A DNA stretch of 64,000 nt from Tubiluchus corallicola (Eukaryota > Animalia > Priapulida): the NCBI GenBank assembly GCA_030141605.1, contig JAQGDQ010000046.1, positions 124,001-188,000 on the forward strand. The letters are read 5' to 3'. Position 1 is the first letter of the stretch. Each line of letters opens with the position of its first letter. The notes below the pieces were generated by a model, which worked only from the letters and a program-made list of their open reading frames with translations, ran no database searches and was not told the origin of the DNA. The translations under genes and the position numbers were made by a program. This document shows, piece by piece, positions 40,301-54,583 of the stretch.

Positions 40301-43300
40301 AAATTCTGGTCCAATTTTAAAAGAAAGAGCTTGTGTGACCAGCTGGGTGCACGGCACGCAATTAGCAGGTATCTGGCCAGTCGCTATCAAGTCACGGGCT
40401 TGGTTCTGAAAAGCCACCAACTGCTGCGTCACATTCGTTGCCAGTCGATTCAATTCGCCAGTTAATACTCCCAGTTGGTCAAGGTCATCTTGAATAGTTT
40501 TGGCTTCTAAAAGAAAGTGATTAATTCTTTAAAATACAAGGCAGCAAGTTTAAAATTGTTCTTGTACGATTGCACTACATGTCATATGGTTTTATCCAAC
40601 CCTAGTAAAAATTTTTTTTAGCAGTTAACAGTTTTGCATTTACTACATACAGGAATTTTTGTTTATCCATCACTAACAGTTAATTTCTATATTAGAGACA
40701 TTATTAAATTATGAATAATATAAATATTATGACACTTATTTAATGTATATTATGAAATTATTGTATTTCGACATATTCAGATTTTTTATCAAAACTGTTT
40801 GTCTATAATGTGTCAGTAATAAATTTTTGTTAACTAGCCCTATCAGTACAAACAGGAAGAAGTACTAACGTTGACTCAGTGCATTAAGATCAGCCATTGC
40901 TCGAGTAAGTCCCGTTAATTTCATTAAATCTTCAAGTAGCAATTCGCCAGCATCTGAAAATGAACGAGATAATTAAATTTCACAAGGGGTAGGAATCTAC
41001 TGACATAGCAAGCTGTGATGTTAAGCACCTACAATTGCCAAACATAAACAAAAAAAGGTTTATCATTATTATTGTTTTCTCAGTTAAATTAAGATGACCA
41101 GTGTTAAGTGTGCTGATATCTCTGAACTAACCACGTGTGTTAACATAACACATTATAATACTTTCGTATCGAAGGATTCTTTATTTACTTTGTAAGTCGC
41201 GATCAACTCGAGATTTGACTAGCTCATGATAATCTTTAGTGAGCACCACTCTAGCTTCCGTATTTGTGTGAGTGAGATAGGTGTCAACATCCTGTAGACT
41301 GGTATGCAGCTTTGTAGGTATGTCCAGTATGGCGCTCTCAACATACTCATTTGTAACAAATGTACAAATGACGCCAAACCTAAAAGCAGATCAATGCATA
41401 ACTAATGATGTTCAAATTTAATCAATGTACGATTCATCTATTACATTCAAAATTCCTAAGAAAATCAACACATAGCTCGGTAGTTTTTTCCAGAAAGAAA
41501 AGTTAAACTCGACTAAAATTTCTCAACTCAAGCCTTGAACAACAAGTAATTATCTGTGAAAAAGGAATTAACAGAGCTCCAAATCCTCTTTAAGCAAGTT
41601 AACACTAGCATATTCAACTTATCAGGCATGAATTTTACTGCTAGATCAACAGAATGCAAAGTATTTCATTAAGTCTCTGGTGCTACTTACAGCATAAGCA
41701 TAGTGACCAGAAAGAACATGGTACCATAACTGATGCGTTTACACTTGGCATATTTTCCATCCATTTTGCTTTGCTGGGCACCGCAACCGCCAAACAAACG
41801 ACAACAGCCAAAAATAATGGCAGTGAAAAACATGGCTACAATGTACACAACGCCCACTATTGCACAGACCAGGAAACCAACTTCCCATTGTAATAGCTGA
41901 AAACAACAGTAAAAGTATGAAGAGTAATTCCATTAAATTATATATGTCGGACGATATCTTCATAAAAGTGATATAGTGAAAGCCTGTAAACTTGAAATTA
42001 TTATTTTTACTTCTGTCTGTTGTGAAGTCCAACAGTGGTCAATCATCACAGCCTTCTAGTTTTCCCTAAGTGTACTTCTTTCGACATTGCTTCCTAGTGC
42101 TTATGACATTAAGCATTCTAGAAGAAACTTAGGCAACATTTTTGCAAGGCAACTCCATCATGATAGTGTTCCAGGAAAACATGCATTGTTATTATTTGCC
42201 GTGGGTGTCTGAGTTGCTCCAAGAACAAAAGGTTTAAACATTTCCAGTAGATTACCAAAAACCTTGACACGTATTATTTACACTTACTGCGACTTAAGTG
42301 ACATGTACGTACACGTTCCTCTGTGTAATTATAATCTAAATTTAATGCTAATTCTAATCTGACTCAGTTAAATCTGACTTACTGACTTAACTTTTTCAGG
42401 TATTGGTAACTGGCAGACTAAGATTCTTATTGATGATCATATCTTGAACATACGGTTATCAAACTATACACATCCCTGAGCATGTATCACAAAGATCTCC
42501 TTTTAAAATAGTGGACCAGTTCTTATCTTTTCACATTTCCGCCTGTCCCAACATAAATGTGGGTTTACTCCGTAATTAGTAACTTCTTAGCCAAGTAAGA
42601 GGACTGTAAGATTGCATCAAGTTGGATCGTCTGCTCTATTGTCTCTGGGAGTGGAAAAACCCATCAACGAAATTCCTTGAACAAATAGTATATGTGTGCC
42701 AATGGCATTAAAAGAGTGTTAATGACGCCTAAGCTGAACTTAAAAATATATTTTTTCTACTATTAGCTCTTGTGTAGACAACAGTAGTAAGCCTAAGTGC
42801 TCAGTGTGTTTAGCCTAAAGTGAAAGTGTACAGCTAATGAGGTAAGGCAGACCACAAGGGCATGACTATTTTAGAACCCAAGAAAAATACACAAGTCTGT
42901 GACGTAAACAACAGCTCTAAATGCTTGCAGGCTTTTAGCCAGGTTTCTCCTAATTAATGATGCTGACGTCAAGAAGCAGAGGCGGCTACACTCAAGAAAG
43001 CGGCTTTCTTGACAGCTTTATAAGCCATGGAAAAGGTTACAAGAAACGCATCAAGTTTAGCTTTAGGTAATTTTCAGTGCTATTACTCAATTCTTACAAG
43101 AACATTGTGAACTGTTATTGTGCTGTGGACAGCAATATATTGTAACAAAGTAACAAGGTACTCCATCAGCAAGTATTAAATAAATTCCATTACATCAAAG
43201 TGTATTAACCACATTACCTTAAATTACATTATGTACATATGTAAATTATATTAAAAGGGCTTCCTCCAGCTTATCAAAATTAGGTAATAAATCAATGAGC

Positions 43301-46300
43301 TTTATCGAAAAACGACCAATGTATGAATGTTGCATTACTGGCATAAAACTATCATACAATGCGTAATTTTAAAAATAATGTATATTATTATTGGCAAAAC
43401 ATTTAATTTTAACAATTCTAATAAATCTAAAATAGTATTTACCGAGCTGTGATAAGGACTATCGGGATCATATAAATTATATAGCGAAAACTGTGTCCCA
43501 TTAGACGTTACATCTGCAACAAAAAACAAAACAAAGAATAATTAACAAGACCCGTTTTTTGCATAACTTATATCAAAGGTGCACTTGGTTATAATTAATA
43601 AATATTTCATAAAACTAATATTAATGCATAAAAATTGACTTATGAGCGTTTGCATTAGTTTACGAGATTCTGAATTAACTTGCCTAAATTGCTAAGTTGA
43701 CAGGTATCAATGGAAGGTTAAGGGTTCAAATTCAAATACAACTTTTCCAAAAAATAGTAGGTTCTATATATTGTAGGCAGACAACTAGACAACAGAAGAA
43801 GTTAAATGTGACAGGAAGGACAAATGTAAACAAAAACTGTCGAGATGTATACATGACTGAAATGTGGTTTTGTTATCCGGAAACTAGAGACAGGAAAAAT
43901 TATCATTGTTGCCTATATTACTTTTTTATCTGCCATTAGTATCAGATAGTAAACTGCAGCGCAACAAAGCTTGTCACATTAAGACAAAGGTCCTATTTGG
44001 TCCACCACCATACTTGTAAACAAAAAGCTATGACAATTTAGATTTTAATTATCAAATAATAAAACAGCATCAAAAATCGCAAGCAGTTTAATACTCTGTA
44101 ATACTAAGCCTCTTCATATTGTAATTGCTGGAGGATAATTAGCCCTTTTTCGTGATTTCTGACAGCAAAAGCATATTGACCTCGTTCACGTTTTGTTGAG
44201 AACAGGTTTTGAAGATAATTTTTTGTTAAAATAGATAACTCCATGTAGATTACACAAGCTGATGTTGATATTTGTGCCATATTTTTCTTACTACTAATGC
44301 TACCCACATGATAATACTAAGCACAAAATACTCTTCTCGTTTTATTAAAGACGATTGTAATTAAATTACTGCCACCATCAGCAATCATAATTCTGTCATG
44401 CACTTATTATTTTAAATAAGGTCGCTAATTCTAAAGCAAAAAGGAAACAGACCAATAAATTTATCTGTAAATTAATATTCTTTAGGTTTAATAATAATGA
44501 ATAACAATACCGAGCAAGATGTAGAAACATAACAGTGAAATGCTCACTATAGTATCCTTGTAAATTTATGTACAGTGTACAATAAAACTACATCTGTGTA
44601 CATAAAAACTTTACCAATAATATAGCTAATAATTTAGCTTTTGTACTTTTATTTATAACAACAGGTTAGTATATAATTACTTTTCCAAAATCTGGCATTT
44701 CTTTATTGATAATCAGACAAATATCAAGAGCAACATAAACAATCAAGGTAAAAAAGATTTCCGACATTATACGACTAACTTAACACACTGTAACTGACGC
44801 AGCATGATTTTAATTACAGTTGCATGTAACGTAAACCCCAGTCATTTAAGTCAAGCTTCTGATCAAGGTTAACATAGTGATGAAGGCCAGTAGATGAAAT
44901 GATTACATTATTTATTGTTACATATTATTAGGTCATTTTCTTGACGGATGTTCACGAACATCTTAATCCTATTCACAGTTTCGGCAAAATTTGACAACGA
45001 GGAAACGCAGAGAGCAAAATCTCAGTGACATTTCTGCACAAGATAATTATAGGGCTAATATTAAAGTCAATGGGATGCAATAAATCATTTTTATTGAATG
45101 GGGAGTCAAAACTTATACATCTGAATTAAACAAAATTATCAAGATGATTGCAACAGTGTGAAAATAAGGATGTTAGTAACTAAGACAAAAGCCAGTTGCA
45201 AAATTGCACCAAGTACATAGTACACAAAGGATTATCAGGAATTCTATTACTGAACGACATGTGAAAAAATATTCAGTTATTATTTTGAAAAATGTTGTTT
45301 TAACTATTTTAAAAACTTGTACACGTTTTTTAAGTCGAACAGCTAAAGATTAGCTATGCCCATAGTGCCAAGACTGCCATTTTTAAGACTGACAAAAATG
45401 AAAAAAGATATTACAAGATTTCTAACTTAATTCCCACTAATAAAATAAAATTTATTATGGTTATAGCTACTAATTCTGGCGAGAATGGACAAGACAAATA
45501 TCAAATGTAATTTATGAGTTTGTTTATTTGTTTATCAGGAGATTAGTTTTAAGTGTAGTTGAAGAATATAAGTAAATAACTTGCCCGGATCTTAGTTTTG
45601 AGATTTCTACCTCTTTCACGTCAAAAAGTTTGTACCTCGTTTTTACAGTAGCGTGTGGTATGGAAGTGTATAATAAAATATGAATTGAAATTACGCCATT
45701 CGGATTTCACTGGAATAGGATATCGAGCACATAATTTTCAAAAATGACTCTATAATTAAAAATACGACATTTTCCAAGAAAACTACGTGTTACGCCCACC
45801 AGTATTACGGTACTTTCACTTTTGTGCCCGGGGCAAGCCTTCAGACCTTGAGCAAGATGCTAGCTGTATTTAGTTAATTTACGCCGAGTGCTTTTACCCC
45901 TGTAATTTGTCAAAATACGTGTCAGTCATGAGCATATCAATATGGAGGAGCTCTCTCGAGCACCAGCTTTATTACATACATATGCAGGTTTTAATTAAAG
46001 CTAACCTCTCAACAACAGAAAAGCTTTTAAATATTTTAAACTGAAATGGTCAACAGCGCCTATAAGTTTAGATGTTATATTTTCTATTTCAGTCTCATCA
46101 CGACTAACTGCTTTCATGCAACACTTGCATTAAATCGCCACAAATGTTATTATCTAATAATGAATATTAAATTAGTTAGTTAACATTATTTATTCGCAAA
46201 TGTTTTGAGCTTCAAATTCTCATCAACACACTGAAGTACATGTGGAAAATTCTTGTTTTTTGGAAATATCTGGCTAAAAAACAAATAATTTACTTTTCAG

Positions 46301-49300
46301 GCGCTTGAACGCATAGTAGAACTTGATACAGACAATTTGTTACCATGGAAACTAAAAAAAGGTCTGCAAGTAAGAGGCAACGTGGCAAACTCCGTGGTAA
46401 CAAGGCAAACGTGAGAATTTAGTTAGTTTAATCATTTCCAATTTAATAAGTCCGAGGCATTTATATGAAAGAAAATGATAAAAAATTTTAGGTACGTATA
46501 GACTTTATAATGGTGGGTTTGGATCACTGGTGATGTGTAAAACTTCTGAAAATGATTCAAAGTAGCATAACTCGAAAAACAAACAGGTCAATCAGAATAG
46601 AATAACTATCTCATGTTACAACAACGTTCACACATACATTGTACGGTGAACCGCTGCTGCAGTCGGGCGTAAAATCACCGTTATCTAAGTATCAAAAATC
46701 ACTTCCTAATTACTATTATCAACATAAACTTGAAATTGAGAACTTCTTCCGCTAAGCGAGGAAAAGAGTGAAAATAAACCTGCATTTTCCCAATGTTTTG
46801 AAACTTTTACTTTTTCGCTGGTAATAATTTCTGGCACAAGTAATAATCATCGTTACATAATGTGTGTGCACCAATAAACACCTATTATGCACATTATTAG
46901 ACATACATGTAATTATGTAAGAATAATGAACCGCGATGTACAAGAATTCAAATTTTCATTAATGAAGAATTCCCTTTCTTTGGCGTAATGAATAAGTAAT
47001 TCAATTACAAGTAATCTGTTACCATAAATTAAATTTACGCAACACAGAGAACTTGTTCTAATTTAAAATTTGGTGTTCACATACTAGGTTTTATGTTAAC
47101 CTCACTTTCAGCCTTAACAAACTTTTATAAAGTGTTCACCCATATTTCACGTTAATCACCGAAATCGCCTAATAAACTCAAGTCTTTGCAAAAGCGAATG
47201 TAATATTGCGACACACTAAAAGGGATTGTGGTACATTGTCTGGGCGTGCTGTGCTGTTTTAAGAGCATTTTGACCTACAATGTTGTAAGCACGAATCCTC
47301 GTAAAACCAGAGAATAAAACTGTTTGAATTTCAATCAGCTTGAGCGGCGTGACAACACGCGCTGTGCCTTAATTTCTGTAAAATCACGCTTAATGTACTT
47401 TATGCGTCTTCTTGTGGTCATCACTGTGACGAAGACACGCAGACTGCCAATTGCACGTTATCATGAATCTCGATGCAAAACTCTACAACGTTAGCTCCTG
47501 CATGCTCTCAGCTTCTTAGTTCCTTCGCTATAATTTTCAGACCACCTAGACAGGAAGCCCTGTGTCTGTTTACAATATGAATCAAACCCTTGTTGAAACA
47601 AACCTTATGAAAAAATTAAATTTAGTGTTAAGTGACTGTGACTTGCTGTGGAGTCCTGAGCTAGCAGTGCTGAGGTTTTAGAATTTTTGCATGTGAACTT
47701 ATTATTTTGTCATCATCATCACACAATTCATCTTCCCATCTACTATCTTGTGACCATGGTCAACAAATAAATGAGCAAGGTTACAATAAAAGATTTTTCA
47801 CAAGTGTTATATCTCAGTACATGTGCCAATATGTTTCGTCAGAAAGTAAAATATTCTCTGTTAACTTCTTCGTTTTCAGTACACCAAGTGTAAATTTGTT
47901 TCACATTACCTTGGGTCACATATTCAATGGCAGCAGTAAGGTATGATGCAAACCCGGACCGCCCCAGCTGTAAAATCATTTTTCATTACACTATTATTAG
48001 ACCGAGACCATTTGAAGTTCAAATACTTGCCGTGAATGTAGGTGTGAGAGTTATTTTAATGAAAAAGAAAAGTCGCCTTGTATTACTCTTCAGGTCCCTA
48101 TGCATATGCTATTCGTTTTTGAAAATTTTGCACATAATAGCTAAAAGAACATTCCTGTCATTAAAACGATATATAGCAAATGACTGTTGAAAATTTAGGT
48201 TAGAATAATAGCAAGTTGGGGATCTCGGTTATAAGTATAAAGTAAAGTTAAGCAAGTGTTAAAACATGATCATAGTATTCAAACGACAAAGGCACGTGTA
48301 AAGTAAGTTACAGTTGAGATTTAAAATATGTTTTTAATCTGAAGCGTTAAGGGACGTCTAACTTAGCAAACGCGCAGAACAAGTCAGTGAGAAAAGAGAG
48401 ACAGACAGGCAGAGGCCGAGAGACGGAGAGATGGGGAAAGACAAAAAGAAAGATGAGGAAGTTAAGGAAGATGAGAGACAGAGTTAGTGAGAAAGAAGAA
48501 AAAGATAGGTGGCAAAAAGAGAGAGAAAGATTTCCCTAAGATGCAAACATGGCAATTTGAATACCATTAGCGCGTTAACTCCTGTAATTTAGTGAAATGT
48601 CAGGTTATATGGCGCTAAAAGGTTTAATCAACGCCTTCTAATAAATGTTATTATGTTATTCACATGGTTAATGCATTAAAATATGATTGATTTGAAAAGC
48701 GTCATGTAAAAATGTCACAAAAATTAGCATCCCATTAATGCCAATGGCACAGCAGCGGCATTTTGAACCAATGCGATGCCCTGATCACAGCCTCTTTGAC
48801 CTGACCAAAGTCGATAATGTTGGATCTCGTGAACTGTGCACATCAGTAATTATGTGTTGAAAAAGAAATGAACTGTATTTTCTTTAATGTAGCATGCTTT
48901 TTAACTTTTAACGCAGGTATTTTTATTTTGTAACAATTGAATACATGAACGAAAATGGCGCAAAATTTTTTCATGAATATAAAACCAGATAACTTTTTGC
49001 GTTACAATGCTTCAAGTCATCAAGGTAGCCTACTATGATTCCAAGAACAAATTTACTTTAGAAACAAACGAAAAAAATGTCAACAAAAGACCTCTACATT
49101 AGGTGTACTAGTACATAGGTAAATAACGAAAACTTTTATGAAAAAGCTAAGGTAATAATTGTACAAAAAATGAGTCAAACGACAACACTGACAAAAACCT
49201 AACTTTTTTATAGTAAAATTTTGCCAGAAAACAAGTTTCTCAACGGATCAAATGTTCTAATGAGGTCATATTTTAAATTTTTAAAGAAAAACACATCAAT

Positions 49301-50547
49301 TTAATTTACGTAAAAGGAAAGAGCCTACGCATACTTTAAATTCGTATTTATTATACAAACTAGTTTCAATTTTGTAATAAATCACTTTCAGTCAGGGATG
49401 AGCTTTCATCAAACCCTCTCTATAGTCTCTTACAAATCGGTAAACAGCTGGCCCAGTTTTGATGTCAATGTCGATAACAAAACTTGGCGTAATCAGTTTA
49501 CCATGGGCCATATCATGTTTAAATCACCCCTGATCGATGGTTGACCCTCTGAAACCTGCTAAAATGGATGCATTACCAGTTAAGTTACTTAGCAGTAGTG
49601 GTAACTGAGCAGAGCTTCACAGACATACAATTACATACATCAGTCCAAGAGCAAGGTCTAGAAAAAAATCCACAAATTTCAACAAGAAAAATAATTAAAA
49701 AATTCTACAGCGATTAACATACCACATTACACACATCACTTTATCAAATTCCAAAATGTTCAAAGAAGAATGTCAATTTCGAATGTCAACATAAGAGCTG
49801 CTTTTATTACGTTGCAATAGGTTCTTATTAAAACTTACAATAGGGAATACTATCAATAACACTATGATCATAAGTGAACAAAAGATCTGTTTAAGGGAAC
49901 GGTTTACTATGGCTATTACTCATAACCAACTGGCCATAGAATTCAAATTTAGCAGAACTGCTGGAAATATAATTTGCTATAAGAGACAATTGCCCGTTAG
50001 CAAAAAATTTCATTTCGCATTGTGATAGCATGGTGGATAGTGCCTTGCGATGACTATTTTCCAAAAACTAGACGATAAAAACTAATTTAAAAGGTCTTTA
50101 CATCTTTAAATCAGTCTAACTTCTACTGTTCCAGTAAACAGTTATTCTGAAGGAATTAGTTTTGTTGCTTATTTTCTCATTAGGCTCTTCTCATTTTCTT
50201 ACTTAATAATCCTATAAGTTTTTCCAATATGTGGTGTTTTAGAATCATTACTTATTGTGTGTGAAGATCAGAAAAAGAAAGTGATATGTTAACATTCGTC
50301 ATTATGTCCTACCTGGAAAGCTGCGATTCAGCACCAAGATGTCCAAGAAGAGATTCGTTGCTTGGTACAAAAATTCCATCCCCTTGGGATTATACGTAGG
50401 CATGGATTTATATGTTAATGTGCCATTAGATGGAGACACTGAGCCTGTTTCTGGTGACTCTGGTTCAAGGGTGCCACCTACCAGCGAGAACAAGAAGCAA
50501 AGTGTCAATGTACTACTTGCACATTTTTTTATCACAGTGGACGTCAT
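28006..50547 (-). CDS. PROM1: Prominin (CD133 / prominin-1-like) pentaspan membrane glycoprotein, 23 coding exons, ~960 aa
   Basis: Phase-consistent GT-AG exon chain on the minus strand: 50547-50313, 43513-43443, 41896-41691, 41379-41189, 40953-40870, 40506-40295, 39748-39610, 38904-38828, 38618-38545, 38121-37972, 37613-37466, 35869-35784, 35661-35574, 35469-35317, 35128-35021, 34790-34719, 33114-33064, 32936-32787, 32402-32313, 31892-31774, 29854-29825, 29552-29505, 28306-28006 (sum 2883 nt). Family hallmarks: signal peptide; TM1 plus Cys-rich loop (WEVGFLVCAIVGVVYIVAMFFTAIIFGCCRLFGGCG); TM2 (FGVICTFVTNE); TM3/TM4 (YYAGIVISSIILLVVLLNSLGLMYGAC...GVFFSFLFCW...GG.LHLLLCDP); RCNNNESFY; VGTCEPV...VC...YPLNGFWAGLG; TM5 IPSIILAVKLAGLYRK. 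The family call is strong. The symbol means 'PROM1-like', not proven orthology. Confidence 0.95.
30182..31424 (+). mobile_element. Internally deleted Tigger/pogo (Tc1-mariner superfamily) element in a prominin intron
   Basis: TA-flanked TIRs cagcagttgcagcttaaaagactcac / gtgagtctattaagtggcgactactg, subterminal cttaattgactcaa repeats, and a residual CENP-B-type N-terminal HTH at ~30783-30920 (KDLTVKEKLKILEQYDKLPKMGQRCAAAQLKISQSTLGRILEK) that ends in a frameshift/stop. Confidence 0.88.
46339..46352. promoter_or_regulatory. RFX X-box motif in the first coding intron of prominin
   Basis: GTTACCATGGAAAC, followed by further half-sites (ggcaac, ggtaac) within ~50 bp. Confidence 0.45.
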
Positions 50548-50659
50548 ATTGAAAGAGAATGTTTGGCTTTTCTCTGTTTGGGAGTAATGTACAAAGCAAC
50601 TTTTCTAGCACTAGCCAGTGCTGAGTATGCTGACTCCACTACAGTCCACTTCCAGCCAC
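50313..50659 (-). CDS. PROM1: Prominin first coding exon (5'UTR part + signal peptide MTSTVIKKCASSTLTLCFLFSLVGG...)
   Basis: Acceptor tgttttttcag| at 50659, ATG at 50547, donor CAG|gtagg at 50313 (phase 1). The acceptor implies upstream non-coding exon(s). Confidence 0.85.
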
Positions 50660-51676
50660 CTGAAAAAACATAATAGAATGTACGTTTAAACAACATTATA
50701 AACCATAGATTTACACAAAACAAATTAAATATAACGACGTCCAAAAGCTTTATTTAGAAAATAAACTAGAGCTAATATAAAAAACTGACTAATTCAGTCA
50801 GTGCAAACAGTTCTTGTCCAAAACAAGAGAATGTGAACCACCTGTACTAAATTTCACAGCCCATAAAATATAATTTTAAAATAAACACGGAAAAGGCTGC
50901 AAAGCAATGTTTACTTTATCTATCCTTCACAGGGCTCTAACTTTCACTGCAAAATGCCCCTGGGTTAAAACAACATAGACTAGATAGCAAAGAATACACA
51001 CTTAAGCTGCATTCGCAACGTCGGGCAAAAGCAATGACAATTTTGATACTTAAGAAATGTGGGGGAGGGGGGGACCATAGTTTCCAGGTTCATAATTAAA
51101 CGGTGGTATAGCTAACGAGCAACGTTTAGATTTGGTGCTTATTTGGCAATCTGTGATACACTATCGAGATTGCATTATCTAGACATCAGCTTTATTAGAA
51201 AAACCACAAAAACATGTAAAGAAACAAGCCAAAAACGAGTGACGACTGATCATTAATACAGAAATTTTCGTACAGCAGTCTAGATAGACATGGCAGCTTT
51301 TATATAAGATCTCAGTACCAACAATCTTGAAATGGCGAGTTTGTGTAACCTTTCCAAAATAGGAACGGCCCTGACATAGTACCACTGATATAAAGGCGTT
51401 CGTAATGCAGCTGCTTGTTCCTGAAAACGTTGTGAGAAAAAGTATGAGCAGAAATTTTAAATACTTGGTGCGAAAACATTTGTAAAAACAAATGCTGTGA
51501 AGGGCAGAGAAGCCGCGTGATGAACACAGCATATACCTCACATCAGCCTAGAAGCTAGGGAACGCATTTCTATAGGAATTAACAGTTAATGCACCAATGT
51601 TCATTTCCGATTGTTAAAAATACTAAATCTAAACTTCTAAATTTTTCCATGAATCTGTCCCTTTTTACTTCTTTCA

Positions 51677-51758
51677 GTGAGAGTGAGTGGGTGAGTGAGT
51701 GAGTGAGTGAGTGAGAGAGAGAGAGTGAGTGAGTGAGTGAGTGAGTGAGTGAGTGAGT

Positions 51759-51814
<56 letters not shown>
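51677..51814. repeat. Compound (GAGT)n/(GA)n microsatellite
   Basis: Directly visible; it explains the SLSL/THSL spurious ORF at 51637-51879. Confidence 0.98.
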
Positions 51815-51818
<4 letters not shown>

Positions 51819-54454
51819 TGTTCAGACTAGTAGCATGACGTTCATATTGGCGAATTGCTTTTGCCTTTGGGTGTACCATTTGAATGATTTCTGCTTCTGC
51901 ATGTGAGATTGTGAATGACTATAGGATATAAAATGGAAACCTTGGGAGCTAAATCGTTACAATAACAAAGGAAAGGTATTTTGGACTTTCACTCTTACAG
52001 CAATGAACCAGATACAGTGTGTAAACAAAGAGCTAGTCAGCTTGCCACAGGGAAGGCATGCTCTTATCTGAGATTGCTATGATAAATACTGAACACTGCA
52101 GTCATTTATACAGGGAGGACAAGTAGGAATCTCTTCCTGGTTGCATGGACTCCACGACTGAAAATGTGACTAATTTTAAATAGCATAATTCTCAATGGCA
52201 GTCACTGTAGTCAACAAATGCATGTATTCTTAGTGTTACCTACACTGAACAAAAAACGCAGAGAACTAAAATTTTCGAATTTTTTAAAACTAATTTTTGA
52301 AAACGGCTTAAATAGCAGTTGGCATGTCTAACTTCAAGCTTCCTCTAATAATTGAAGTGACAACGTCGTTGGACTTTGGTTCTCAAAATGTGTTGAATTT
52401 TAGTAACTTTTAATGTATTGCTAAACACATCTAATGTACATGTATTAGCAAATCTAGAAAACATCAACCTTTCCTGTTACATGTACTTGTGACAATTATA
52501 GGAAGAATCCCAGTACACGGGTTCCTTTGTACAAGCCACGTTTATGTAAACTGATACATTCCCAAGGAAATATTTTACCTGAATAACCTTTAGCTGCCAA
52601 CTATCGAGCTGCTTTGGTATGTCACCTCATATTACCAATTTCCTGCAAAAAGTAAAGTGCCATATTTAAATAATTAATGATAAGAAATCAATCTATAACA
52701 CACAAAAAGCAAATGCTGCATGTTATTGAGGTCACTGCTACACCAAATAAGACTAATTCGTAACGTACTGCATGGACGCGCCACCTATCGTGACGAGGTA
52801 ATAGATCCGCCTTAACTTGAAATCTTCCGCATTAAAGAGCGATGATTATTACAACGATATTTAACAACAACTTCAGTTTTTAGGAAAAAGAAAATACACA
52901 CAAATACCGACATTACGATTCATTATGTATACTTAACCCAAGCCAAATCGCTTCACTTGAAAAGGTCATTACTTCATTGGTCACTTAGCCGAGAATTTTA
53001 AGCCTACACAGACGCTGTTTGTTTTCTACTGATCATCTCTAAACAGAGGCACAATTATTTACAAACTGCGTATAATCAGAGAAAACAAAATGCATGTATT
53101 TAGTTTAGAAAACACTAGTCAATGAACGCTATGCGAACCCTACAATCTGGCCAACCAGGTAAGAGCAGACAGAACAATTTCATTGACTTTAATTATTTAC
53201 GAGGCTGACGAGGCAGAGATCTGTACGACGAGGTTCATCACAAATAAACATCAATCGATTCATTAATAATAGGAAAACTTTATATCGGACGGGGTCAAAG
53301 TTAATCAAGTATACTAATGGATTAGGCATAGAGATGATAGAAGGGGGATGGGGCAGTAGTGCGACCTGCGATCTCTGCTACAATTTACTAACCTTATAAT
53401 TACCTGCAGAAAACAACAATTAATTAATTTTACTAAACCATCGTGCTTTGTTCAAGTACCAGGAGGTGTTTTCAAACATCAAATCAAATATAATACAACA
53501 CAGACAACATTAATACCCTTCTGAATAAGCTCGAAACCCTTATAAATACAAATTTCAACAATTAATTAACTTAATTTATAATAGTGACTATACAGAGATT
53601 TTTATTTGTTTATTAACCATTTTATTATCATATTAGGTAATTTCGTTAACTCAGGTTTCGATTTTAAAGTCGAAACCTATGAAAATTCTCCAAAAACTTT
53701 CAAAAATGTTGCTTAAAAACGCTACGGGAAACGAGCCTTGTCTTTACGTGTACCTTCGAAATCCTTTGCACCTGATTTTCTTGACTACTGTTAAATCATT
53801 AATGTCAAGTGTGCAATATTGTATAAAAATTAGTGGCAGCACATATTTTTTGCGTGTTCAAAATACTGTCTGTTAATGGTGAAGTAAAATGTTGCTGAAC
53901 AGTCATCTGCCCAACCAGCATTACTGTCATCACTATGCAATTCATGCAATGTGTGCTGAGGTCAACGCCTTCATTGGTCAGAGGCTCAAAATCTGTACAG
54001 CTCTTGGAAAAATAGGCTCAGCTGCAGGACAAAACAGTATCATTATTTGCACAGTTAAATAATATTGTGGCAGTTTGCATTTTTCTGTTAGGTTGTTGAC
54101 CATTAATAGAAGAACATAATGCTACTGTGTATCTGTCTCTAAATGCTGAAATAGAATATTTAAGCAAAACTTGCTTTAATACCAATATCTACTTTTGAGC
54201 TCAATTATATAATTAAACGTCATAAGATAAACCCCAGAAAACCTCTTAAGAAGTTTTATCTTAGTAATCAAAACTAAACTTCTTTTATAAGAAATTCACC
54301 ATTAAGTGGAATTTTCAAGCATTACAGATTTGGTTGCCAAGGGTCAAAGTGTCGCAAATTATATAGTAGGATAAACTGAATAGCCTTGCTGCCTAGTTGT
54401 CTGTGGTCAGTGGACACACTATAAATATAATTACATAACGAATGACTGATGATT

Positions 54455-54583
54455 ACGTCAACGGCGTCCACAGTGTGACACACTAACTGCTGGCATCTTA
54501 CGGTGACCAAGCCTGCAATGACGTCAACGGCGTCCACAGTGTGACACACTAGCTGCTGACATCTTCGCTGACACCAAGCCTGC
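54455..54583. repeat. Tandem duplication, 2 x ~66 bp
   Basis: acgtcaacggcgtccacagtgtgacacacta(a/g)ctgctg(g/a)catctt...ccaagcctgc starts at 54455 and again at 54521. Confidence 0.92.

Noticed and set aside
54455-54583. CRISPR-like repeat
   Set aside because: Only two adjacent ~66-bp units with no unique spacers, in eukaryotic context with no cas genes.
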